Positions 46,717 to 55,853 of a stretch of 64,000 nucleotides of DNA are shown here, one piece after another. A model generated the notes under the pieces. The model searched no databases. It was not told the DNA's origin and saw nothing but the letters and a program-made list of their open reading frames with translations. How positions within the stretch are numbered: position 1 is the first letter of the stretch; each line of letters starts with the position of its first letter. Source of the stretch: Limisphaerales bacterium. GTDB lineage: Bacteria > Verrucomicrobiota > Verrucomicrobiia > Limisphaerales > JAJOIW01. Made by a program: the position numbers and the translations under genes. The stretch covers positions 341,520-405,519 of the forward strand of contig CBFHOE010000003.1 in assembly GCA_965657355.1 (NCBI GenBank), read 5' to 3'.

Positions 46717-48717
46717 ATGTTGTGTCTGGAGCTAGCTTTACGTCATTTGACGCATTCTGATTTATCGGCTTCTCGTAACCCACATATTTACATGAAATAT
46801 TTTTCTTCCATGCGACCTAGCAAAATGAAACTAGCTCATTTTGCACTCTGCTATTTATTTGCTCAGGTTATCTTTGCGCAAACTGTTCCGGTAAAAACAA
46901 TTGTAGGTGGGGAAGATGCAGGGCGCGATTCATGGCCTTTTATTGTTTCTTTAAATACCAAGGGAGCAAATGACCCATTTGAAGGGCACTTTTGTGGAGG
47001 GGCATTGATAGGCCCTCAGTGGGTATTAACCGCTTCGCATTGTCTGACTCAAGAGAACCCAGCAAGCTTCGACGTCATTATTGGGGCATATGACCTACAA
47101 TCTGATCAACCCGATTCCTATCGTCGCATCGGCGTATCGGAGATATATCTACACCCTGCATATGAAACTGGAATTAACTTAGGAATTGATGGCGATATCG
47201 CTCTTATAAGACTTAAAGAGCCGGTATACGATGTTGAGCCGGTCTCCTTGGTATATGATTCTTCATACACCCGCCCCGGGACCTTGTCTAGAGTTGCTGG
47301 TTGGGGGTTGCTTATGGATGAGGGCGAGCCGTCCCCGGTCCTGCAAGAAGTCGTGCTTCCCATCGTGAGTTCAGAAACCGTCAATGCCTCAGGAGCTTAT
47401 GATTCTGATTTAACCCAAGATATGTTGGCCGCTGGATTAAAACAGGGAGGTATAGATTCCTGCCAAGGCGACAGCGGAGGACCCTTAATAGTCCCGATAG
47501 GAGAAACTGGAAAATGGGCTGTCGCTGGAGTTGTGAGCTTCGGCTCCGAGGCTGGATGTGCTGCCCCCGATGCGTACGGTGTCTATGCCAGGGTTAGTTA
47601 TTTTCATCATGATTTAATACAATTGATCTATTCAGACTATGCAAAGTGGGCACATCAATATGGAGTCTCTGGTCTCTACAGCGATGACGATAAGGATTCT
47701 ATAAATACTTTTACTGAATTTGCTTTTGGTTTGAATCCTTTGAATAAAGACCTGATTTTTTCGCCTATTCAGGTTGAAGTATTAGGTGAGCAGAAGGAAG
47801 CCCAAAAGGTTCAGTTGAGATATAATAAACTCCGAGGGAATTCGTCAGTTGATTATATTGTTTCTCAATCCAAGGATTTAAATGAATGGACAATAATTCC
47901 TGACTCACAGTTTAAGCCAAGTGGCAACGAGAGTTGGATGGAGTTAGCTTCTCCCCAAATATTAGGTGACTCATCTCAATTTTACCGGATCGACGCGCGG
48001 CCCGCCGTCACCACCTCTTTGCCCGAATACTTTCCTGGGCCCATTCGGTTTTCTGGGTATCTTGGTTCACCACGAAAATTTAATATTGGCCCATTTTCTG
48101 AGGAAGAGGAGATTATTGTTCAGCTTATTGTTGAGAATCAGGATAGCCGGCCTAGCCTGGAAATTGTTGAGGTGGGAAGCGGTCTTAAAATAATCTCAAC
48201 TTCGGATTCTGAGGGCATGGAAATAAAGGATTCCTTCACCCCTAAACCCAACACGGAGTATGCAATAACTGTTAGTTCTCTCAAAAATTCTGATAACGGT
48301 GTCTTTTATTTTAATCTTCCGCCCATTGATTTAGAAGATGACTGGGGTGGTGAATTTCAATACCCGGAGCTTTCACCTGGTGATGAAATCACAGCAGAAC
48401 TATCCGATGAAGATATACTTTTCGAAGGCTATTTTGAAGACACCTACTTGTTAGCTGATATTAGTCGTGGTCAAAGAATTAAATTGACCATGTCTGCGCA
48501 TCACGAAAATCCAGACCTTCTTACATTTCTCTATGTCATGGATAGTTTGGAATTTGAGGCTATTGCCTCCACTGAAGGCCAGTCCGCTTCGGAAGTCTCT
48601 GTAACGATCGATATTCAAGAAAACAAAAATTACCTCATCATCGCTGGTAACTCAGACGAAGGTCAAAAAGGAAAATACCATTTAAAAGTTGAAAATATAA
48701 CAAACAATTTAAATTAA
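46717..48717 (+). CDS. Secreted trypsin-like serine protease (S1) with C-terminal accessory (PPC-like) domains
   Basis: IVGG mature N-terminus, CGGAL, TASHC, DIAL, and DSCQGDSGGP with an S1 Asp indicating trypsin specificity. The true start is probably 46792, 46810 or 46825. Confidence 0.93.
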   Translation: MLCLELALRHLTHSDLSASRNPHIYMKYFSSMRPSKMKLAHFALCYLFAQVIFAQTVPVKTIVGGEDAGRDSWPFIVSLNTKGANDPFEGHFCGGALIGPQWVLTASHCLTQENPASFDVIIGAYDLQSDQPDSYRRIGVSEIYLHPAYETGINLGIDGDIALIRLKEPVYDVEPVSLVYDSSYTRPGTLSRVAGWGLLMDEGEPSPVLQEVVLPIVSSETVNASGAYDSDLTQDMLAAGLKQGGIDSCQGDSGGPLIVPIGETGKWAVAGVVSFGSEAGCAAPDAYGVYARVSYFHHDLIQLIYSDYAKWAHQYGVSGLYSDDDKDSINTFTEFAFGLNPLNKDLIFSPIQVEVLGEQKEAQKVQLRYNKLRGNSSVDYIVSQSKDLNEWTIIPDSQFKPSGNESWMELASPQILGDSSQFYRIDARPAVTTSLPEYFPGPIRFSGYLGSPRKFNIGPFSEEEEIIVQLIVENQDSRPSLEIVEVGSGLKIISTSDSEGMEIKDSFTPKPNTEYAITVSSLKNSDNGVFYFNLPPIDLEDDWGGEFQYPELSPGDEITAELSDEDILFEGYFEDTYLLADISRGQRIKLTMSAHHENPDLLTFLYVMDSLEFEAIASTEGQSASEVSVTIDIQENKNYLIIAGNSDEGQKGKYHLKVENITNNLN

Positions 48718-48870
48718 TCTCATCATCGTTAAATTTATTAATGTCTATAAAATAAAAGGTGCTTCTTTTTCATTTTTTGTAAAAGACATTATTCTCATAC
48801 GATCTTGTATCTGGAATTATCACTTGCTCAAATTTTACTTACATTAAAACGCCCCACTTGTTATGGAATT

Positions 48871-48893
48871 GGTTCAAACTCCCGCCGGGCGCA
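48871..48893 (+). other. tRNA 3'-end-like fragment (possible att site)
   Basis: GGTTCAAACTCCCGC-CGGGCGC-A resembles a T-loop, 3' T-stem and 3' acceptor strand. No 5' half of a tRNA lies upstream. Confidence 0.4.
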
Positions 48894-49264
48894 GCTTGAA
48901 GGCGTGGCGTGACACTTGAGTTACCTCTGATAATTCTCTTTTTTTCAGAGGAGACTAGTCGTTGGTTAGCATCATGCTTATCGATTTTTCGAATCGACAA
49001 CACAAAATATCTTTGGTGGTTATTTTTCTATCTCAGGTGGCATGGTTTTCGATAAACAGCCTTAAAAAGTTTCACATTCGAAATTCTTTGACAAATACAC
49101 AGAACTCAACAGCCTTCGTCATCAGCAGAACACTTAGCTTTTTTTTCCTGCAGGTTATCACCTCAATTTATTAAAAAATTGTATTCATTATCCTACCTCA
49201 AGGGTAGAAATTATCGTTTGGATTGGTATTTTTTTTTTGGTTTTAGTTAAGATATATTCAGGAT

Positions 49265-52144
49265 ATGAGGAAAACTATGAAAGTGCTTTTAAGATTTTTT
49301 TCCATAATACTCGGCCCAGCATTGATGGCCAACCCGCTGACTCCTGAAGAGGAAAAAGCGACTTTTCAGTTTGCGGATCCAGAAATGAGAATTCAGCTGG
49401 TGGCATCCGAGCCTGACATTAAAAGTCCTGTTGCCATGGCATGGGGGCTGGAGGGGGAAATATATGTGGCTGAGATGCCCGGATATCCTTTGCGAGAAAA
49501 TTCGGGAGTTATTAAACGACTGACTGATGAGGATGGAGACGGGACGTATAAACAAGCGACTATTTTTGCCAGGGGACTTCAGTTCCCAAATTCTGTGATG
49601 TTGTTTAAAGGAGGTCTTCTCGTTTGTGATGCTCCCGATATTCTCTTTTTGAAAGATACTAATGGGGATGGCGTTGCTGATAAAAAAGAGGTTATATGGT
49701 CCGGATTTAAGCCTGGTAATCACCAGCTTCGAGTAAACAGTCTTTATTGGGGCTTGGATAACTGGATTTATGGAGCTAATGGAAGAAGTGGTGGGATAGC
49801 AAAGCGGGCAGGCTCCGATGTGGGCGTCTCCATAAATTTTCATGACCTTCGATTCGACCATGAATTATCGACTATTGAGCCCGTCTCTGGCTATAGCCAA
49901 TACGGATTGGCTCAAGATAATTGGGGAAATCGATTTATCACACTTAATCACCGGTTTGCCAGGCAGGTCGTCTTAGAAAAAAGCCACATGGATAGAAACC
50001 CTGAAATAGTTAATTTCGCTATTCACGATACCTACCAAACAGAGCATGATCGCAAGGTACACACTCTTTTACCCAAAACAATGCGATTCAATACGGATCC
50101 CGTGGGATATTTCACCTCACTCTCAGGTTTGACCGCCTATCGAGGCGTGTCTTTGGGGCCAAGCTACAATGGGAGTTTTTTCGCTGGTGAGTCGGTTCAG
50201 AATTGCGTCATTCAAAGAAGAATGATCCGTAAAGGAATGGTTTTTACAGCTGAAAATATGTTTAAAGACAAGGAATTTTTAGCCTCAAGTGATGGATGGT
50301 TCCATCCTGTAAACTTTTCAAATGGGCCAGATGGGGCCCTCTATCTTGTTGACTTCTATAGGCGCTTTGTGGAACACCCGCAGTGGGCATACGATGAACT
50401 CTCTCAAGGTATTGATTGGAATGAAGGCGAGCCTCACGGTAGAATTTGGAGGGTCTATCACAAAGATCATGAGGGCAATTCCACAGACCGGTTTCCGAGT
50501 CTTAAAGACGCCTCAACCGCGAGATTAGTCCAACATCTTGAAAATCCTTCATCTTGGGTGAGAGATACAGCGCAGAGACTTCTTGTTGAACAAGGGCGCC
50601 TGAAATCGACCACCGATAATGTCGCAAAAATCCTCAAAGGCACTAATATATTGGCCAAGATCCACTTACTATGGGCGCTTGACGGAGTCGGAGATTTGAA
50701 ACCAGGAATACTTGTTTCTGCATTAAATGATTCCAGTATGGAGGTCCAAGCTCAGGCAATTAAGATATCTCAAGATAAACTAAATTTTTCCACCGAACTT
50801 GCGGATGAGGTTATCAAATTGACGAATAATTCAGATGAGTTAGTACGGGTCAATGCGATACTTTCGCTTGTTGATGTGGACTATCAAGATTTATTGTCCC
50901 CTTTTATATCAGCCGCTATCAACTACAAAGATCCTTGGACCAGAGTAGCATTGATGAGCAGCGTATCTCATTGGACCCCACAATTCGTCAATGCTCTTTC
51001 GAAGCATGATTCATTATTTTATTCAAAAAATTCAGATGATTTAATTTTTCTCTCTCGTCTCGGAAGAATGGTTGCCAGAAGCTTGGACGAGGCTCCACTC
51101 AAAACGAAAATTAAAGAACTGGATCGAAATCAAAAACTTGAGTTCTCGCAATGGGCCCTACTGGGTGGATACCTCTCGGTGTCGGATTTTAATCATAATC
51201 AAAAACTTGAATTTTCTGAGAGGCTTTACAAACAAGCACGACACCTTATCGAAGGGTTTGAATCCACTCCTGTGCAAGTCATCGATGCGGCATTCAGATT
51301 GCTAGAGGTTTCTAAAAATTCAAAGGTGAACTATTCGTTTTTGGATGAATTACTCAAATCCAAATCGGAAATGATTCAGGAGAAAGTCGTCCAATTAATC
51401 GCGCGCCAAAACGTGCGAGACAATTGTAACTACCTTTTTGGTTCATTAGAATTAAGGCCCAACAACATCAGAAAGTTGGCCATGCAAAATGCCATGATGT
51501 CATTGGAGATGGCGCATTCTCTATTAGATGCAGTAAAAAAAGATTCACTTAGCGGGAATGAAATCCCAGAGGAAATAAGAAGAGGGCTCATCAATCATCC
51601 TGATTCTCAATTGAAGAAAAAAGCAAAGTTAGTCCTAGCGGATCTCATAAATCCTGATCGTCAAAAGGTAATAGACAAGTATCAGAAAGCCATTATCAAT
51701 AAGCCGATTGACATAAAAGTTGGGGCAAAAGTTTTTTCGCAACAATGTATACACTGCCATTCTATAAAAGGCGTGGGTAGTCAATTTGCCCCGGATTTAA
51801 CCAGCTTGGGCTCTCGAGATGACGAATTTCTTTTAACAAGTATCTTAGACCCTCGACGATTTGTTTCCTATGAACTCAAATTACATGTCATCACCACGAA
51901 AGATGGGAGAACTTATGCCGGTATCATTTCTACTGAGTCCACCGATAGTAAGACAATAAGGCAGCCCAATGGGAAAACGGTCCAAATCCTGAGACGCAAT
52001 ATTGAGAAAGAAACTGGAACACAGCAATCGATTATGCCTGAAGGGTTCGAACATCTTATTAATCCCGATCAAATGGCCAGCCTAATGGGATTTATTCGTC
52101 AGCCAGATACCCAATACCTTACTAAGACCGCGAGTAATCAGTGA
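49265..52144 (+). CDS. PVC-type heme-binding CxxCH protein (dehydrogenase-like propeller + HEAT + cytochrome c)
   Basis: IQLVASEPDIKSPVAMAW, DTNGDGVAD, WGLDNWIY, GPDGALYLVDFYR, GRIWRV and CIHCH...APDL...SIMPEG. Confidence 0.9.
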   Translation: MRKTMKVLLRFFSIILGPALMANPLTPEEEKATFQFADPEMRIQLVASEPDIKSPVAMAWGLEGEIYVAEMPGYPLRENSGVIKRLTDEDGDGTYKQATIFARGLQFPNSVMLFKGGLLVCDAPDILFLKDTNGDGVADKKEVIWSGFKPGNHQLRVNSLYWGLDNWIYGANGRSGGIAKRAGSDVGVSINFHDLRFDHELSTIEPVSGYSQYGLAQDNWGNRFITLNHRFARQVVLEKSHMDRNPEIVNFAIHDTYQTEHDRKVHTLLPKTMRFNTDPVGYFTSLSGLTAYRGVSLGPSYNGSFFAGESVQNCVIQRRMIRKGMVFTAENMFKDKEFLASSDGWFHPVNFSNGPDGALYLVDFYRRFVEHPQWAYDELSQGIDWNEGEPHGRIWRVYHKDHEGNSTDRFPSLKDASTARLVQHLENPSSWVRDTAQRLLVEQGRLKSTTDNVAKILKGTNILAKIHLLWALDGVGDLKPGILVSALNDSSMEVQAQAIKISQDKLNFSTELADEVIKLTNNSDELVRVNAILSLVDVDYQDLLSPFISAAINYKDPWTRVALMSSVSHWTPQFVNALSKHDSLFYSKNSDDLIFLSRLGRMVARSLDEAPLKTKIKELDRNQKLEFSQWALLGGYLSVSDFNHNQKLEFSERLYKQARHLIEGFESTPVQVIDAAFRLLEVSKNSKVNYSFLDELLKSKSEMIQEKVVQLIARQNVRDNCNYLFGSLELRPNNIRKLAMQNAMMSLEMAHSLLDAVKKDSLSGNEIPEEIRRGLINHPDSQLKKKAKLVLADLINPDRQKVIDKYQKAIINKPIDIKVGAKVFSQQCIHCHSIKGVGSQFAPDLTSLGSRDDEFLLTSILDPRRFVSYELKLHVITTKDGRTYAGIISTESTDSKTIRQPNGKTVQILRRNIEKETGTQQSIMPEGFEHLINPDQMASLMGFIRQPDTQYLTKTASNQ

Positions 52145-52231
52145 GCTCAATTCGTCAAATCGGTTTCGAGTCAAAGTTTTAAAGCCTCTGAATTTTAAAT
52201 TAATCTGGGAAAAAGATACCTCGCTTTTGCT

Positions 52232-52264
52232 AAAAAAACCCCGGGTCATGCGACCCGGGGTTTT
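52232..52264. terminator. Bidirectional intrinsic terminator
   Basis: AAAAAAACCCCGGGTC-atgc-GACCCGGGGTTTT between convergent genes. Confidence 0.9.
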
Positions 52265-52295
52265 GAATTTAGATTATAATTTGTAAGCGAAAAAT

Positions 52296-55200
52296 TTAGT
52301 CTATCCTAACGTCGTCAACAGACCAGCCAGCTTCGTTGATGATTGTATCAGCATCGAGTTGGAATTCGATTCTGATGGTCCGGCCAAGTGCTTCTGCTGG
52401 CAGAGGTTTAGAAACCTTCTTCCAACCATCTCCACTTGATCCATTAAACGATAAAAATTCGATGAGGCCTGAGACAGGAAATCCGGATGCCTCGTCAATT
52501 ATTTCTTCACCATCTTCATCTACAATTCTCACGTGGCACAAATCTATTCCCTCTTCTGTTCGGAAGGATGTTTGGAAAGAGAGAACCGCAGATGTTGCCT
52601 CCGTCAGATCAATAACGGGCGACCTAAGATAAGCGATACTATTATCGAGGTAATTGCCATCTAACTTTGTAGCAAATGCATTTGAGCCTGAATATGGGCC
52701 ATCAATACCTTCTTTGTCTATTTCTCCCAATTCCCATTGCTCACTACCTTCTTTGGCGCCTGTTTGCCAATCCCCTTGCCCACTTTCAAAATCATCGAAG
52801 AAAATGGCTTGTGGACCTTCTGGTAGCGATCCAGAAATGATGTAGAAGGATTCATTCCCATTTGCGTTCTCCACCACAACGGTTGTTGAGGAAGGTTCAC
52901 CGGCTATGTCAGTTACAACTTCCTGCCAATCTGCTCCGGGTGTGAGATTGGATTTGGAAAGTACTTTGTAAGTTGCCCCTGATACAGAATTAAATGTTAA
53001 AGAAACTGTATCGTTTGCATTATCTCGAGAGGCATCCGTGATGATGAAATCACCGAGATCACCGCCACCAACTGACTCCATTACGAAGCTTGATGCTGGA
53101 ACTGGAACCGTCTCAAGAAATCCATCTGCACTGACAAAAAAATCATCCAAAAAGATGGAACCTGCTGTTGTCGTTCCGTCGCGGCTCACGATAAAGAGAT
53201 CTGTTAAATTTGGCTTAACCGCACCGAGGTCCTGAGATCCAGCCGGATTTCGATCTCCCAAATGCCCTTCAAATACCAGCTCTCTCTCCTCACCGTCTCT
53301 GGCGATATAAACATTCATCAGATCCCCATTTTCGATGGTGTCATTAGTGATATCAATCCATACATTATAAACTATTCCAGATTCTATTTCGGTCGGCGCT
53401 GGAATATACGAACTTCCAATTCCATCTCTGGCCTGGAGTTCGCCGGGAAAGAATCCCTCGGTCTTATTGACTCGTACGTATGAGCCTAAGTTCCCACCGG
53501 CATCACTTGCAAATCTCAAGGTTTTTTCTGTCAAACCCACGTTAATGCCGTAAGGGCTAAATGCATTGTCTGAATAAAACCTGAAAAAGATTGTTGTCTC
53601 AGAGCCTTCTTCATTTTCAAGCGAGCCCAGCTTGATGTTGCTCAGTGCGTTATTCCCCATTGGTGAAAAGACATTGTTTGAACCAAGGGCTAAAACATCT
53701 GAGCGACCTTCAGCATTGAGCCAGCGCCCCTGTCCGTTAATCTGGCCGGCTTCAAGACCCTCGAAGTTTTCTATAAGAATCCATCCGTCTTGGACGTCAG
53801 CAGCCACGGTGACGGAAATTTCTGCGGATATTGATTCGCCATCGCGTGAGATTGTCAGGACAAATGTAGTATCCTCATCGACCTGCGCTGCCACAGATCC
53901 AACTCCGAATACAGATGAATCATTTACGTTTCCGACGCCTGGTTGGATATCAATCTGGGCATCTGGGTTGACATCCCAGGATAGATTTACAGTGCTTCCT
54001 GCTGCTACGGATGTGAATTCGGCTTCAAATTCTCGTATTTCGAGTGGGGCTGCTGGAGGTTCCGGCGGTAAAACGACTCCATCTTGAATAATAGTATCTA
54101 TTTCCTCTGCCGAAAGTGCTCTTTTCCAAATAGCCACTTCATCAATCAATCCAGACACCCAATGTGATTGAACAGATCTTTGAATACCACCAATAGAGGT
54201 ATTGTTTACTGGGAAATCCCCTTCAGGTCTATCAGGTAGAACAAGGTCGTCAGCCACGCCATCGATAAGAAGCGTACGCACCCCATTATTTTCTCGATAA
54301 ACAAGGTGCCTCCATCCGCCATCAAATGCCTCACCCAATGAATGTTCGTGGTTTATGGTCGACCACCCTCCGGCACCATTGCGAATATAAAAATCAACAG
54401 TGCCGTCAGAACCCTGATTGTGTGTTCCAATATTAAACAAAGGGTTGTTATCTAGACTGCTTCCTTCGCTAAAAACTCTGAGATCCGACTGGCCAGTCCC
54501 AACTACATTGACCCACATCGATATTGTGAAAGAGTCATGCTGATTTGCTGGAAGGTTTTCTCCTGGGTTATGGATTCTACTTAGTATTGTATTTCTTGTG
54601 TTATCAAACTGAAATGCATTTCCCCTCTGTCCTTCCACGACATCCTCTTCAGTAAGATTAAATATTTCCATATCATAGCCTGATACCTTGTCAGGTGTTT
54701 TATTACCTTGGATCTCATCCAATGGCCAATATGATACAAGTCCGCGAGCTAGTGGATGAAGGACACTCTCCATGCCTTGTTGATTTAGTTCCTGGATTTC
54801 ATCATCGGTAATCGCCCTTTTCCAGATGGCGACTTCATCGATCAAGCCCGAAACCCAATGAGAAGTTACTGATCTTTGAATGCCACCAATGGAACTATTA
54901 TTCACAGGAAAGTCAGTTTCTGGCCGCTCTGGTAATGCAATGCCATCGTCTTGACCATCCACATTTAGAGTTCGGAATCCATTTTCTTCTCTATAAACAA
55001 TGAGTCTCCACTCATCGTCGAATGCTTCTGTGTTTGAGTGGAGGTGATTCACCGTGTCCCAACCCCCAGCTCCATTTCTAATATAAAAATCGACGGTTCC
55101 ATCTGAACCTTGGTTGTGCGTTCCTATATTAAATAGCGGGTTATTATCTAGACTGCTTCCTTCACTGAAGACCCTCAGATCCGCCTGACCTGCCCCAGGA

Positions 55201-55595
55201 ATTTTTACCCACATGGCTATTGTAAATGATTCATGCTGATTCGCAGGCAAATCCTCTCCATCTTCATGAATGCGTTTAAGAATACTATTTTTTGCATTAT
55301 CGAATTGAAATGCACTTCCAAATCTTCCCTCCACGATATCTTCATTCGTGAGATTCTCAACGACCATATCGTAGCCTGAGATTATGTCTGGAGTCTTATC
55401 TCCCTGGATTTCGTCTAATGGCCAAAATGAGACAAGATCATCTTTCAATTCTGCAGAGACGTTTGATAAGGAAAGCAAAAATGCTCCTGCTATGACAAAG
55501 GTCCTGAGTGATTTTTTCAGTTTTTTAATTATATTCATCTTTGGAACTTTATTTAATATTTTATAAATGCGTACACGCAAAAATGGCTTCTCCAT
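52296..55595 (-). CDS. Secreted acidic protein with two tandem LamG-like domains, an Ig-like linker and a C-terminal MAM/InhA-like beta-sandwich
   Basis: LVS(F/Y)WPLDE...FTI(A/S)MWV...GLIDEVAIWKRA occurs twice. The C-terminus reads FFDDFESG...W...YLRSPVIDL...GWSVDDVRI. The true start is probably MNIIKK. Confidence 0.85.
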   Translation of the reverse strand: MEKPFLRVRIYKILNKVPKMNIIKKLKKSLRTFVIAGAFLLSLSNVSAELKDDLVSFWPLDEIQGDKTPDIISGYDMVVENLTNEDIVEGRFGSAFQFDNAKNSILKRIHEDGEDLPANQHESFTIAMWVKIPGAGQADLRVFSEGSSLDNNPLFNIGTHNQGSDGTVDFYIRNGAGGWDTVNHLHSNTEAFDDEWRLIVYREENGFRTLNVDGQDDGIALPERPETDFPVNNSSIGGIQRSVTSHWVSGLIDEVAIWKRAITDDEIQELNQQGMESVLHPLARGLVSYWPLDEIQGNKTPDKVSGYDMEIFNLTEEDVVEGQRGNAFQFDNTRNTILSRIHNPGENLPANQHDSFTISMWVNVVGTGQSDLRVFSEGSSLDNNPLFNIGTHNQGSDGTVDFYIRNGAGGWSTINHEHSLGEAFDGGWRHLVYRENNGVRTLLIDGVADDLVLPDRPEGDFPVNNTSIGGIQRSVQSHWVSGLIDEVAIWKRALSAEEIDTIIQDGVVLPPEPPAAPLEIREFEAEFTSVAAGSTVNLSWDVNPDAQIDIQPGVGNVNDSSVFGVGSVAAQVDEDTTFVLTISRDGESISAEISVTVAADVQDGWILIENFEGLEAGQINGQGRWLNAEGRSDVLALGSNNVFSPMGNNALSNIKLGSLENEEGSETTIFFRFYSDNAFSPYGINVGLTEKTLRFASDAGGNLGSYVRVNKTEGFFPGELQARDGIGSSYIPAPTEIESGIVYNVWIDITNDTIENGDLMNVYIARDGEERELVFEGHLGDRNPAGSQDLGAVKPNLTDLFIVSRDGTTTAGSIFLDDFFVSADGFLETVPVPASSFVMESVGGGDLGDFIITDASRDNANDTVSLTFNSVSGATYKVLSKSNLTPGADWQEVVTDIAGEPSSTTVVVENANGNESFYIISGSLPEGPQAIFFDDFESGQGDWQTGAKEGSEQWELGEIDKEGIDGPYSGSNAFATKLDGNYLDNSIAYLRSPVIDLTEATSAVLSFQTSFRTEEGIDLCHVRIVDEDGEEIIDEASGFPVSGLIEFLSFNGSSGDGWKKVSKPLPAEALGRTIRIEFQLDADTIINEAGWSVDDVRID
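54085..55445 (-). repeat. Intragenic tandem duplication, unit about 696 bp (232 aa)
   Basis: Matching blocks offset by 696 bp, for example TATCTAGACTGCTTCCTTC near 54449 and 55145. The boundaries are approximate. Confidence 0.85.
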
Positions 55596-55789
55596 GGAAG
55601 TCTAATTTGGGTGAACCAAAATAATCTCATAATTTTTTCAGTAGGCAATAATAACTAATTAAATTGTAGATTTTACGTGCTACAATTTTAAAAATTATTC
55701 GATAAGGCGACTAATTATTTTCCGAAAAATAAATAAATATGTCTCCAGGTTCACGGTGTTGGCAAAGTTTGAAGCCACCATTAGTCAAC

Positions 55790-55821
55790 AAAAAAACCCT
55801 CCATGTGTATAGAAGGGTTTT
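55790..55821 (-). terminator. Intrinsic terminator of metY
   Basis: Minus strand AAAACCCTTCTAT-acac-ATGGAGGGTTTTTTT. Confidence 0.7.
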
Positions 55822-55853
55822 GAACGTGAGAATTAAAAATAGGATATTTTTAA

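Noticed and set aside
48905..49052. Two -24/-12-like elements (TGGCGTGACACTTGA and TGGCATGGTTTTCGA) upstream of 49265
   Set aside because: Both have GA instead of GC at -12 and lie 200-350 bp from the start codon. This is too weak without TSS data.
48962..49174. 70-aa ORF in the AT-rich gap
   Set aside because: It has a non-ATG start, no recognisable motif, and low-complexity T-rich composition.
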